Below, in pieces: positions 44,594-54,229 of a stretch of 64,000 nt of DNA. How positions within the stretch are numbered: position 1 is the first letter of the stretch; the number at the start of each line of letters is the position of its first letter. Under the pieces are notes generated by a model. That model did no database searches and was not told the origin of the DNA. It worked only from the letters and a program-made list of their open reading frames with translations. Source of the DNA: Candidatus Latescibacterota bacterium (GTDB lineage Bacteria; Latescibacterota; UBA2968; UBA8231). The stretch is taken from contig CBDCXV010000011.1 in NCBI GenBank assembly GCA_965223905.1, forward strand, positions 1,888,001 to 1,952,000. The letters are read 5' to 3'. Position numbers and translations under genes: made by a program.

Positions 44594-46300
44594 TCAGCTG
44601 CTATCCTGTTGTACGAAGGCTCTCATGTTCTCTTCGTGGACCTTGACCTCGTGCTCGTACTGTTGCCGCAATTTGCCCAGGAACCGGAAGAAGGCCGCAT
44701 CGCGCTTCCGGCGCAGGACCAGGGCCCGGGCTCGAGTCGCGACCTCGGCGAAGGGCTTGGGGCTGGCTCCGAGGTTCGACTCAACGACCCTGAACACGGA
44801 ATGGAAGCGGTCTTCTGACGCCGCACCGGCGGGGGGCACGAAGTGGCGGTCCGGCACCTCCACTTCGATGGGACCCAACAGGTCGCCCGGCGCGGCTCCC
44901 CGTGCGGCTTCGAACAGGGCCTCGTGCGCTTCTCTCTGGTACCCATGGAGGTGGAATCTCCCGCTGTCTGGCATGGCCAGGTGCCGCAGGGTGTGCTCCT
45001 GTGCCAGGACCCGAAGATCCTCACCGCGCTCAATCCGGTCGCGGAGCGCTACCGCTTCTTCGCGTGTCGCGACCAGGATTTCGTCCAGCGTCAGATTCTC
45101 GTGGGGGACGAACAGCCGCGGATTCTCGTCATAGAAGCGCCGAGCCTCGGCGTCGTCCACCGGGACGTCGTGGGTCACCTTCTTCCTGATGACCGCCAGC
45201 AGGCGTTCCTCTTCTCTGGCCTGGCGCCAGGCGACCATCTTCGACTCGCGGTCGATTCCGGCATTGCGAGCGGCCTGCACGACCAGCGCGCGGGGAACCA
45301 GGACGGACTCCGCAAACCACCGCAACTGCCCTCGCACATCTCCCGAAAATTCCCGGTAGTTCTCCCGGGCCGAGTCGACGAACTCCCCCACCGTGATGGT
45401 GCCGCCGTCGAACTCGTAGAGCACCGAGCCGCGCTCCACCTCGGAGAACGAGTCTCCCTCACTCTCCAGACGCGTGGCGAGAAGCTCGAAACCGTCTTCT
45501 CGGGGACGCGCGTCCAGAGCATCCCGCAGTTCCCGGCCGAGCTCCATGGACCGAACGCGGGCCTGCTCCCGGTGGAGCTCGGCTTCCACCAGACGCCGCA
45601 CCCGTTCGAGGGGAAGAGGAACCTCGTCCACGACCTGGAACACGCCGTAGGAGCGGCCCGGCAGGGGTATGGGTTCGGAGATCTGACCCTTCTCGAGCGG
45701 ATAGACCTTTTCCTGCATGATGGGCAGGGGCATCTGGTCCTTGGTGACGTACCCGGTGTACAGGCCGCCCTGCGCCGCCGTCGGACGGTGGATCGAGCGC
45801 TGCCGCGCCAACTCCCCGAATTCGGCGCCGCCCTCCAACAGGCGCACGATCTCCTCGGCCTCTTCCCTGCTCTCGACGTCGATCCTGCCACACCTGACCG
45901 CGCGGTTTCGTCCGGTCTTCAGGTAGTGGTCGTGGATTTCCTGCTCTTCGAGCGTGATCTTCGCGTCCACTTCCCGGGAAATGAACCCCTGCACCAGCCG
46001 TTTGGTCCATTCGCGCTCCAGCTTGCGGCGCATGTCGTGGTCGCGGTCCCATCCCCGCGCTGACGCTTCCCGAATGAGGATCTCCTTGTCGATCAGGGCC
46101 TGCAGATGCTGCCGTCGGCCTGCGATGCCCGCCTCCCTGGACCTCAGGCTTTCGGCCAGGCGCTCCTCGAAGCGGCGCAGCTCGGATGCGTGGATGCGGG
46201 AGTCTCCCACCTCGGCCAGCACCGGGCCATGGGCATCTTCCCCACAACACGACAGGACCGCCCCCACAGCCAGGACCAGCACCGATGTGGCAGGTCCCAT
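44594..46300 (-). CDS. PpiC/SurA-type peptidyl-prolyl isomerase lipoprotein (two rotamase-like domains)
   Basis: Lipobox-like VLSCC, EEAEEI...G.EFGELARQRS..QGG, GQISEPI, second ILVATREEA..LRDRI..GEDL..LAQEH. TGATG coupling to the upstream gene. Confidence 0.75.
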   Translation of the reverse strand: MGPATSVLVLAVGAVLSCCGEDAHGPVLAEVGDSRIHASELRRFEERLAESLRSREAGIAGRRQHLQALIDKEILIREASARGWDRDHDMRRKLEREWTKRLVQGFISREVDAKITLEEQEIHDHYLKTGRNRAVRCGRIDVESREEAEEIVRLLEGGAEFGELARQRSIHRPTAAQGGLYTGYVTKDQMPLPIMQEKVYPLEKGQISEPIPLPGRSYGVFQVVDEVPLPLERVRRLVEAELHREQARVRSMELGRELRDALDARPREDGFELLATRLESEGDSFSEVERGSVLYEFDGGTITVGEFVDSARENYREFSGDVRGQLRWFAESVLVPRALVVQAARNAGIDRESKMVAWRQAREEERLLAVIRKKVTHDVPVDDAEARRFYDENPRLFVPHENLTLDEILVATREEAVALRDRIERGEDLRVLAQEHTLRHLAMPDSGRFHLHGYQREAHEALFEAARGAAPGDLLGPIEVEVPDRHFVPPAGAASEDRFHSVFRVVESNLGASPKPFAEVATRARALVLRRKRDAAFFRFLGKLRQQYEHEVKVHEENMRAFVQQDSS

Positions 46301-49206
46301 CACTCTCGCAATCCGCCGTATACGGTGAAATAGGACAGACCGCTGGTCTCCGAACGGTCTTTGTCGGCGAAGGTGTCGATCTTCCGCCTGTCCACACGAA
46401 TCCCCATGGTGGCCATCAGTCTGTATCCCAGGTAAGTGCTCGCATTGGCCAGCTGCAGGGCGAGGGACAGCTCATTGAAGTCCCCCGTGGGATCGCCCGG
46501 ATTCAGGCCCGCTACGGGATCCTCATCGAAGGCCACCTCCCGCTGGGCGAAGTCGCGGAAGATGACCTGCTCCAGGCCGACGATCACCGTGCTGTGGCTC
46601 AGCACCGGGATGTCCAGCCGCAGGGAGGCCATGCCGGCCCACTCCTTGCGCTCGAATACCCGGTCGTTCAGGAGCCACTCCGTGTTGAACGGCGTATCGT
46701 CCAGGAACAGCTCCTGCTTTACGCGCGGAAGGAGTTGGATTCCGTTGCCCACCGTATAAAGCCCACCCAGCTTGTTGATCACACCGAGCCGCCGGGTGTG
46801 CTTCGAGATCTTCCGGCCCGTCCGGTCCACGGTGTGCTTCTGCCGCTGCCGCAGCACCTCATGGATCAGCCTGTTCCCGGAGTTGATGCCGGCACTGCCC
46901 GGGCGCTCGAAGGCCAACGACAGCTTGTTGACCCAGGTATCCGGCATGCCCAGCGGATCCGGGATCGGGGTCATGCCCGCGTCCTGGAATCTTCCGTGCA
47001 GCCATTGGAAGAGGTCGTCCGCGATGCCGTCCTCGACCCGCTTCAACATGTTGTAGACCGTCAGCTCGCCCACGCCGGGATAGCTGCGCTCGAACGCGAA
47101 GAGGGCATAGCTGCTCACGTTGGTCTCGCCGGTCGAGGGACGGCGCACCCGCTGGTGGCCCGCGGTGACCTTGGCGCCCGGCATGATCCGCGCACCGCCG
47201 TACACGTTGTAGCCGCGGCGGTCACGCTTGTACGGGTAGTCGGGTTCGTTGTCGTTCTCGAAACGGTCCCCCCAGCCGTTGTTGTTCATGTCGATGCCGA
47301 AGAGATACTCGGGCCGGTCCACGCTGTAGCGCAGGAAGGGCTCGGCGTAGTCGGGCACACTGTTGGGCCGCACCCGGGTGTTGTTCTGGTTGAAATCGGA
47401 GATGAAATCGTTGTTCTCGTCGAGGCCGGGAAAAACCGCCTCGTCCGCGTACCCCTCGGACCCGCGCCGGATGCCGGTGCCGCGTTCCTCTTCCGTGCGG
47501 CCGTCGCCGAATAAGCGCTGCTGGTCGTTCTTGCGGTCGTTGTCGTCGTTGTCGTCGACAAAGTCGTAGAGGTAGCCGGAATTGGCCAGAGGCGTCTCCG
47601 CGTAGTTGACCCGGCCCGCCGAGTCCAGGAACCGCATGCTGGTCGAGTATTCGGCGTCCATGCTGAACGCCTCGCCGAAGACGTAGTACGGATGGAAATC
47701 CCTGGCCACGTTGACCATCCACGCTTCGGCGGAGGGATTTCCCCGAATACCCGACGAGGTGGTGTGGGTGGTCCGGCTCACGTCGGGGTACTTGCGGTAC
47801 TGGTGGTTCACGTTGAACTCGCCGTAGAGCCTGAACCCGGCCAGATCGTCGGCCTCCACCGTAAAGCCGAGGACCTGGGTGGCGGTGGGCAGTCCATAGT
47901 CGAACACCACGGCGCCCAGGTTGGAATGGTCCTTCACATTCCCCTCAGCCCGCACCATGGTCCTGAACACCGGGAGCGGTTCGAAGCGGGCGTTGTCGGT
48001 CTGCTGGTCGGAAGTGACTTCGACCATGTAGTCGTTGCTCAGGACCATCCGGAACCGGACCTTGCTGATGTTGTTGACCACATCGGCCAGGGGCACCGCC
48101 GTTTCCAGATCGTCGAGGACCGCCGGGTCCGGATCCGCCAGGACGTAGTCCAGTCGGATCCGCCCCAGGTCGCCATCGCCTTCGGCTGTCAGGAAGCCAT
48201 CCCGGGGGACGCCTCCCGAAATCCTCGGATAGAAGCCGATCCGGCTGCCCACCAGCACCGTGTCCCGCTCTCCTACCCGGGTCGTGATCTCGATCTCGTG
48301 GGCGAAGAGGGCGGGACCTCCCTCGCCGTCTTCCGGGGAATCGTCGGTGATCCGCACGGTGATCCGGTTGATGCGCGCGCCCGATTGGTGGGAGCTCAGC
48401 CTTCCGGTGAATGGACTCCCGTCGAAGGGCTCGGTCGAGCTCCGCGCGTTGTGCGCGTTCACGAAGGTTCCGCCGATGCGCACGAAGTCGGCCACGTTCC
48501 CGACGGCCCGGAGACCGACGAGATTGGTCAACTCGTCGATGAAACTGCGCCCCGGCTGGACCAGAGGGACACTGATTCTGGACATGAGGGCAGTGGCCGA
48601 GCCGCGATCCGACATATAGTCGAATTGGACCCCGTTGAAGGCCGTCTTCCGCAAGGTCATGGGCGTCAGGGTCGTTCTGATCTCGTCGCCGATGCTCACC
48701 CGGAAATGGTGCTGCCCCTTGGCGTCCGAAGAGACCACGAGGGAGCCGAGCAGGTCTTTGTACCGTTCGGTCTTGTGGAGCAGGTTCCCGTCAGACGTCC
48801 GGGGCCGGCTCTGCCGCCAGTCGCTGACCAGCCAACCTCGGATCAGGAGCCTGCCGTAGAGATCGTAGTGGTAGTCGCCCTCCTGATTGGTGGCCAGGTA
48901 ACGCCAGTAGCGCTCGCGGGCGTAGTTGGTCCCGTCCCACCGCCAGCGGTATTGGTTGGCGGCCTCCTGGGGCAGGTACCATTTCTTGAGGGATGGAACG
49001 AAGGCGTCCGGGCGCAGGCTGGGAGCCGCCGGGTAGTAGATCGCCCGGCCGCTCTCGCGGATTCCGAGGCGATTCCCGTAGTCCGACTGGGGCGCGCCGG
49101 GCTCGACGCCCAGCGTCACTGCGAGCCCGACGAGGATGAGGAGGATTCGGGACCGGCAGGCGGGCTGTCCGGACCGCACGGTGCGCGCTTCGGGGGGCTC
49201 GTCCAT
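46300..49206 (-). CDS. Large secreted hypothetical protein, probable outer-membrane beta-barrel with Asp/Asn-rich segment (paralog 2)
   Basis: Signal peptide. Shares LKKWY.PQE, IRT.LTP.T, DDSPEDG, YGLPTA, FPG.DENNDF.SDFNQN, DRFEND..DYPY with the neighbour. Ends YFTVYGGLRE. Confidence 0.7.
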   Translation of the reverse strand: MDEPPEARTVRSGQPACRSRILLILVGLAVTLGVEPGAPQSDYGNRLGIRESGRAIYYPAAPSLRPDAFVPSLKKWYLPQEAANQYRWRWDGTNYARERYWRYLATNQEGDYHYDLYGRLLIRGWLVSDWRQSRPRTSDGNLLHKTERYKDLLGSLVVSSDAKGQHHFRVSIGDEIRTTLTPMTLRKTAFNGVQFDYMSDRGSATALMSRISVPLVQPGRSFIDELTNLVGLRAVGNVADFVRIGGTFVNAHNARSSTEPFDGSPFTGRLSSHQSGARINRITVRITDDSPEDGEGGPALFAHEIEITTRVGERDTVLVGSRIGFYPRISGGVPRDGFLTAEGDGDLGRIRLDYVLADPDPAVLDDLETAVPLADVVNNISKVRFRMVLSNDYMVEVTSDQQTDNARFEPLPVFRTMVRAEGNVKDHSNLGAVVFDYGLPTATQVLGFTVEADDLAGFRLYGEFNVNHQYRKYPDVSRTTHTTSSGIRGNPSAEAWMVNVARDFHPYYVFGEAFSMDAEYSTSMRFLDSAGRVNYAETPLANSGYLYDFVDDNDDNDRKNDQQRLFGDGRTEEERGTGIRRGSEGYADEAVFPGLDENNDFISDFNQNNTRVRPNSVPDYAEPFLRYSVDRPEYLFGIDMNNNGWGDRFENDNEPDYPYKRDRRGYNVYGGARIMPGAKVTAGHQRVRRPSTGETNVSSYALFAFERSYPGVGELTVYNMLKRVEDGIADDLFQWLHGRFQDAGMTPIPDPLGMPDTWVNKLSLAFERPGSAGINSGNRLIHEVLRQRQKHTVDRTGRKISKHTRRLGVINKLGGLYTVGNGIQLLPRVKQELFLDDTPFNTEWLLNDRVFERKEWAGMASLRLDIPVLSHSTVIVGLEQVIFRDFAQREVAFDEDPVAGLNPGDPTGDFNELSLALQLANASTYLGYRLMATMGIRVDRRKIDTFADKDRSETSGLSYFTVYGGLRE

Positions 49207-52001
49207 CACAGTCCGGCATATACGGTTATGAATGTGGTGCTCAATTCGCGGCCCCGGTCCTCCTTCACCGACTCTCCCAGGTCACCGGCGGCGATGAACT
49301 CGTCCCGGACACGGGTGTACATGATGCCGAACTGGGTGGTCAGGACGTAACCCAGGTATTGCCGGACGTTGGACCACTGGGCGGCCAGCACCAGGCTGCG
49401 GGAATCACCCGTGGCCCCCACCCGGTTGGCGGCGAGGGCCTCCTTCTCGTCCAGCGTCAGATCCGCAACCCGGCGGTATTCCAGCCCGGCTTCGATAGAC
49501 GACGAGCTCAACATGGGATGCCGCAGCAGCAGGATGCCTGTTCCCGTCCACTCCTGACGCTCGTCGCCGCCCAGGATGAACGGCGTCTGGTTCAGGTACT
49601 CGCTCTTGATCTTGGGTTGGACCTCCAGGCCGCCGACGCGGCAGGTGAAATCCGCTTGGTTGATGAGCCCGAAGAAGTTGGTGCGATCCTCGAGTACGGG
49701 ACCGACGCCCCGCTCGTAGGCATCTCCCTGCTGGGCATACAGGTCGTACTTGATCTTGGTCTGCGTCTGAACCTCGCCGACCGGGCGATCCAGCTCCAGG
49801 TAGGCCGAGTTCACCCAGGTGTCGCGGGCCGGGAGCAGGTCCTCGATGTTGGCCAGGTTGGCGGTGGCGAGACCGACGTAAGGAGTCATCTCCCGGCGGT
49901 CGTCGGGTATGGTGTCCCGGGTCCGCTTGAGCATGTCGTAGACCCGAACCGCGCCGAACCGGGAATCGTCGTGCGTGAAGGTGACCAGCCCGTAGGTCGT
50001 GTGGTTCTTCCGATCGGAAGACAACGAGCGGACCCGCATGCGCCCCAGCGTGGCCCTGACGCCGGGCGTCACGAAAGCGCCACCGTATACGTTGTACCCC
50101 CGCTGGTCCGTCCTGTAGGGGTAGTCGGCCAGATCGTCGTTCTCGAAGCGGTCGACCCAGTTGTTGTTGTTCAGGTCGATGCCGAAGAGGAACTCGGGCC
50201 GGTCCGCATGGTAGCGGAAGAAGGGCTCCTCGTAGTCGGGGATGCGATTCGACAGAATGAGGTTGTCGTTCTGGTTGAAGTCCGACACGAAGTCGTTGTT
50301 CTCGTCCCATCCGGGGAACACGTTGGCATCACCGGAGCCTTGCTGCCACCGGGTCCAGTCGGGGAACCGGTCCTGGTCGTCATTGTCCTCGACGAACTCG
50401 TAGAGGTGCCGGGTCGAATGGTCGTAGAGGACGTCCCCTTCGCCGTCTACGAGGTACGCCGTGGTGGAGTAGTCGGGATCCAGGCTGAAGGCCTCTCCGA
50501 AGGCGAAGAACGGATAGGCCACCTTCGACACATTGACCATCAATGCCTCTGCCTCCCTGGAATGGCTGGACAGGGCGCGGTCTGCCTGGGCCAGGCTGGG
50601 GTTGGGGAACTGGTGGTAGGACCGGCTGATGGCCAGTTCGGCGTAGGCATCAAAACCCATCACATCCTTGACGTCCATGGTGAATCCATAGACCATGTTC
50701 GCCGTGGGCAGGCCGTATTCGAAGACGAGCCGGGTCTGGTTCGAGTTGTCCGACACATTGCCCTCCGCCCGGGCCACTTCGAAGAGCGCCGGCGCGAGCT
50801 CGTCGATATCTTCGCCGCTGAGCGGCAGGTTGGGCGTGGGGCGCAATCCGGTCTGACGGTCTGACCAGACCTGGATGCGGTAGTCGTTGGCCACCACCAG
50901 GTCGAAGGTGATCTCCGTGATCGTGCTCGGACGCGGCCCGGTGTAGGAGATGTCGGTGAGGTCGTAACTGATGACGATCTTTTCTTCCCCGTCCGCGCTC
51001 TGGAAACCCTCGTGGTGGAATCCGCCGCTGACCACGGGCCACCTGGCCGGATCGGTCACCATCGCCCGCTGGCGGATCTCCTCCCGCCTCCCGGTGGCCG
51101 GATCCTCCGTGGTTATGATGATCTCGTGCGAGAACAGGGCCGCGCCGGCCACGCCGTCCTCCGGTGAATCGTCGCTCAGAACAAGGGCCAGGCCGCGAAC
51201 CGGGACCGCCCCCTGGTTGGCAGCCAGCGCTCCTTTGAGCGGGTTCCGCTCGAAAGCGTCCTCGAAGGTCTGGGAGTTGTGGGCGTTGACCAGAGTCGCT
51301 CCCACTTCCACGAAGTCCCCGACCTCGGCGACGACCCGCCCCCCCATCAGGTTGGTGGCATTGGTCACCGTCGTGGGCACCTTCAAGGACGTGGTACCTG
51401 CGACCGGAGAGCTGATCCGCGAGAACAGGAGCGTGCCGCGGTACTCGTCCGTGGCGAAGTCCATCTGTATGCCGTTGAAGATGGGCTTCGAGAAGGTGAG
51501 CGGCGTCAACGCCGTTCGGATCTGATTCCCGGCCGTTATGGCATAGTGAAACTGGCCTTTGGAATCCGAGCTCACCAAAACTCTGCTGAACCAGCCGGCG
51601 AACCTGGGATCCTTGTAGAGCGAGGAACCGAACTGCCCGGGCTGGCTCTGGTTCCAGTCCCAGATCAGCCACCCCCGGGTCAGGTAGTTGCCGTAGAGAT
51701 CGTAGAAGGGGTCGCCCTCGCGGTCGGTGCCCACGTAGCGCTGGTACTGTGAGCGGGCATAGTTGGAATACTCCCACTGCTGCCAGCCGTACAGCTCGTA
51801 AAGCTCCTGTGGCACGTACCATTTCTTGAGGGCCGGATCCAGGGCGTCGAAGATGACCCCGGGGCCCCTGGGTTCATAGGTTATCTCCCCCCCTCGCCGC
51901 TCTCCGAGACCCCGGTCGGACTGACCGAACACATCGGATGCCTGCATCGTGGCGATGAGCACGAACACGCTCAGCACTCCCGCCGCCTTGCCGGTCAACA
52001 T
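49206..52001 (-). CDS. Large secreted hypothetical protein, probable outer-membrane beta-barrel with Asp/Asn-rich segment (paralog 1)
   Basis: ATG at 52001 with signal peptide MLTGKAAGVLSVFVLIA. Same motif series as paralog 2. Ends TFITVYAGL. Confidence 0.7.
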   Translation of the reverse strand: MLTGKAAGVLSVFVLIATMQASDVFGQSDRGLGERRGGEITYEPRGPGVIFDALDPALKKWYVPQELYELYGWQQWEYSNYARSQYQRYVGTDREGDPFYDLYGNYLTRGWLIWDWNQSQPGQFGSSLYKDPRFAGWFSRVLVSSDSKGQFHYAITAGNQIRTALTPLTFSKPIFNGIQMDFATDEYRGTLLFSRISSPVAGTTSLKVPTTVTNATNLMGGRVVAEVGDFVEVGATLVNAHNSQTFEDAFERNPLKGALAANQGAVPVRGLALVLSDDSPEDGVAGAALFSHEIIITTEDPATGRREEIRQRAMVTDPARWPVVSGGFHHEGFQSADGEEKIVISYDLTDISYTGPRPSTITEITFDLVVANDYRIQVWSDRQTGLRPTPNLPLSGEDIDELAPALFEVARAEGNVSDNSNQTRLVFEYGLPTANMVYGFTMDVKDVMGFDAYAELAISRSYHQFPNPSLAQADRALSSHSREAEALMVNVSKVAYPFFAFGEAFSLDPDYSTTAYLVDGEGDVLYDHSTRHLYEFVEDNDDQDRFPDWTRWQQGSGDANVFPGWDENNDFVSDFNQNDNLILSNRIPDYEEPFFRYHADRPEFLFGIDLNNNNWVDRFENDDLADYPYRTDQRGYNVYGGAFVTPGVRATLGRMRVRSLSSDRKNHTTYGLVTFTHDDSRFGAVRVYDMLKRTRDTIPDDRREMTPYVGLATANLANIEDLLPARDTWVNSAYLELDRPVGEVQTQTKIKYDLYAQQGDAYERGVGPVLEDRTNFFGLINQADFTCRVGGLEVQPKIKSEYLNQTPFILGGDERQEWTGTGILLLRHPMLSSSSIEAGLEYRRVADLTLDEKEALAANRVGATGDSRSLVLAAQWSNVRQYLGYVLTTQFGIMYTRVRDEFIAAGDLGESVKEDRGRELSTTFITVYAGL

Positions 52002-52036
52002 CGGGGCCCTCTCTCTGTGAAATCGCCGTATCAAAT

Positions 52037-54214
52037 TCAGTACGCCACTTCGACCACGGTGGCGACCGTCTCGGCGCTGGCCGCGCTGTGCACCTCTACG
52101 TGAGCCAGATAGATTCCCGGCGGCACGAACTCGCCGCTGCCGCTGGTTCCATCCCATGGGATCGACCAGTGACCGCCTTCCTGCTCGCCGGAGAAGAGGC
52201 GGCGAACCAGGTGGCCGGACAGATTGAACACCTTCACCTCAACGGGCACGGGACCGATCACGCGCGACAGGTCGTAGGAGATGCGGGTCCGGTCGTTGAT
52301 CCCGTCGCCGTTGGGGCTGAAGGGCCGCGGTACGGCCCGGGTATTGATCAGGACGTCGCCGCCCGCAAGGGGCACGTCCACCGACAGCATCCGCGGATCC
52401 GCCGTTGCCACCGGGGGAAAAGTGGCGTCCCCGGGGCCGAGATGGGCCGCGTTTCCGGCGAGAATCTTCTGACCGATGGACCCGGTCCCGGTAGTGCCGG
52501 CCCAACCTGGAAAAGTCGTCCCGTATCTGAGGACGCGGCAGCGAAAGCGGATCTGCAGGACGGCGGTCTCGTCGGCCTCCAGGTCGCTGACCGTTATGGG
52601 CGGGAAGCGTACCCGGAACCGCCGGTCCTCCACCGCCTCGATGCCGAAGTCGGCGGCCGGATCGGTGGGCAACGCGGACGGGCTCAGATCCTGACCGGAG
52701 AAATCCGCCGCCTCGGTGCGGCCGTCGTGGAAGAGGACCTGGATCGATTCGATCGCTTCGACCCGGACCGGCGTGGCGATCTCGAATGTGTCGAAGCCGC
52801 TGTCCCTGCCCGGACGTATCCGGGTCGGCATGACCGCGTAGGTGAAGGTTTCCAGAACGGCCAGCTCGGCCTGACGGGGGTAGATCTCTCCGACGATCCG
52901 CTCGGCCGCCGGCGGAAACACCGTGAAGGCCAGCTGCCCGACCCCGGTCGCTGCCTCCAGGTCCCGGCTCACCAGTTCGACCCGGACCTGAAAAAAGCGC
53001 CGTGGGCCCGGAGTGGTGACGAGTGTCCCGAGTTGCTCGTCATCGATGTTCTCGGCCGTGATGCCGCTGGTGCCTTCCGGCCCATAGGGAGCCGACCACG
53101 GCGTCCAGGCGTCTGGATCGTCCCGGATCTCGCCCGGTGGGTTCAGGCCGAGATAGTCCTCCAGGCTCAGAGCTACCCGGTTCTTCTCTGCCAGCGGCAG
53201 CGCCCGGTAGGCTCGCAGCGCATCGAGCGGCTCCAGATCGTCCAGCGCAACCTCCGTTCCCTCGGCCGTGGTGGCGACCGCGCCCTGCTTCCAGGGCAAA
53301 TTCACCGAACCCCCGGGACTCGGGCGGGTAAATTCCAGAGGGGTATCGTCGTGCCCGGCACGGGTCGTAATGCGGGCCTGCGCCAGCCCTTCGTGACCCA
53401 GGGTTTCCTCGATCCACCGGATCTTGCCCCACACGCCCCAGCGGAGCCCCAGATCGAATACATTGGAGATGTATCGGGCCTCGGGCACGAACCCCGCTCC
53501 GAATACCTGAAACTCGGCGATTTCGAAGCCGACGACCGTCTGCGACTTCAGTCGCAGGAAGCGCAGGTACTGGGGGGGAATCCGCAGGTCGACCACGGGC
53601 CGATCGTTCTGCAGTTCCAGCTTGAAAGTGGTCAGCACCGGCCTGCCGGACTCGTCTCTGGAATTCTCGCTGCCGTCGTTGAATAGAAGCTCGTACGCGC
53701 GCAGATAATCGTTCTGGAACGGAAAGTCGGGAGCCTCGAAACCTGGAGCGTTCCTCGGAAAGAACTGGATCCGGTTCACCCCGAAGCGCGCGCCCAGGTC
53801 GACGTCGACCATGGCCCCGAAGGCGAGGACCTGCGGCCCCCCTGCTTCGCCCTTCTGGGTGAAAGCCGTCTCGAGATCGCCGTCCACCATCAGGAGCAGT
53901 TCCTCGGCGATACCGCTCGTCAAGATGTTCGGCGAGGTCAGGGTGGCCTCGGCCGCGATATTCCTGGTGGAGTCGGCTTTCTGGGGAAAGATCCAGCCCG
54001 GTCTGCCGGGAAAGTCGAAGTCCACCACACCGCCCGGAGTGTTGGTGATCGCGGCCTCGTCGACGCTGGTCTCCACCGCGGCCGGGATCTCTCCGCCGCC
54101 GCCGTTCCAGGGTCGATCGCTGGCGCCGCCCAGCACCCGGCTTTCGGCAGCCAGATTCTGGGCCACCAGGCAGAATGTCGCGAGCATGGCCAGGCTGAGG
54201 CTGATCCGCTGCAT
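52037..54214 (-). CDS. Secreted protein with discoidin-like domain and C-terminal FlgD-Ig/CHU_C-like domain
   Basis: Signal peptide, VDGDLET, DVDLGARFGVNRIQFFPR, IAEFQVFGAGF, FSPNGDGIND...VFNLSGHLVRRL..WDG..G.FVPPGIY...EVAY. Confidence 0.75.
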   Translation of the reverse strand: MQRISLSLAMLATFCLVAQNLAAESRVLGGASDRPWNGGGGEIPAAVETSVDEAAITNTPGGVVDFDFPGRPGWIFPQKADSTRNIAAEATLTSPNILTSGIAEELLLMVDGDLETAFTQKGEAGGPQVLAFGAMVDVDLGARFGVNRIQFFPRNAPGFEAPDFPFQNDYLRAYELLFNDGSENSRDESGRPVLTTFKLELQNDRPVVDLRIPPQYLRFLRLKSQTVVGFEIAEFQVFGAGFVPEARYISNVFDLGLRWGVWGKIRWIEETLGHEGLAQARITTRAGHDDTPLEFTRPSPGGSVNLPWKQGAVATTAEGTEVALDDLEPLDALRAYRALPLAEKNRVALSLEDYLGLNPPGEIRDDPDAWTPWSAPYGPEGTSGITAENIDDEQLGTLVTTPGPRRFFQVRVELVSRDLEAATGVGQLAFTVFPPAAERIVGEIYPRQAELAVLETFTYAVMPTRIRPGRDSGFDTFEIATPVRVEAIESIQVLFHDGRTEAADFSGQDLSPSALPTDPAADFGIEAVEDRRFRVRFPPITVSDLEADETAVLQIRFRCRVLRYGTTFPGWAGTTGTGSIGQKILAGNAAHLGPGDATFPPVATADPRMLSVDVPLAGGDVLINTRAVPRPFSPNGDGINDRTRISYDLSRVIGPVPVEVKVFNLSGHLVRRLFSGEQEGGHWSIPWDGTSGSGEFVPPGIYLAHVEVHSAASAETVATVVEVAY

Positions 54215-54229
54215 TCTGGCTCGATAGCC

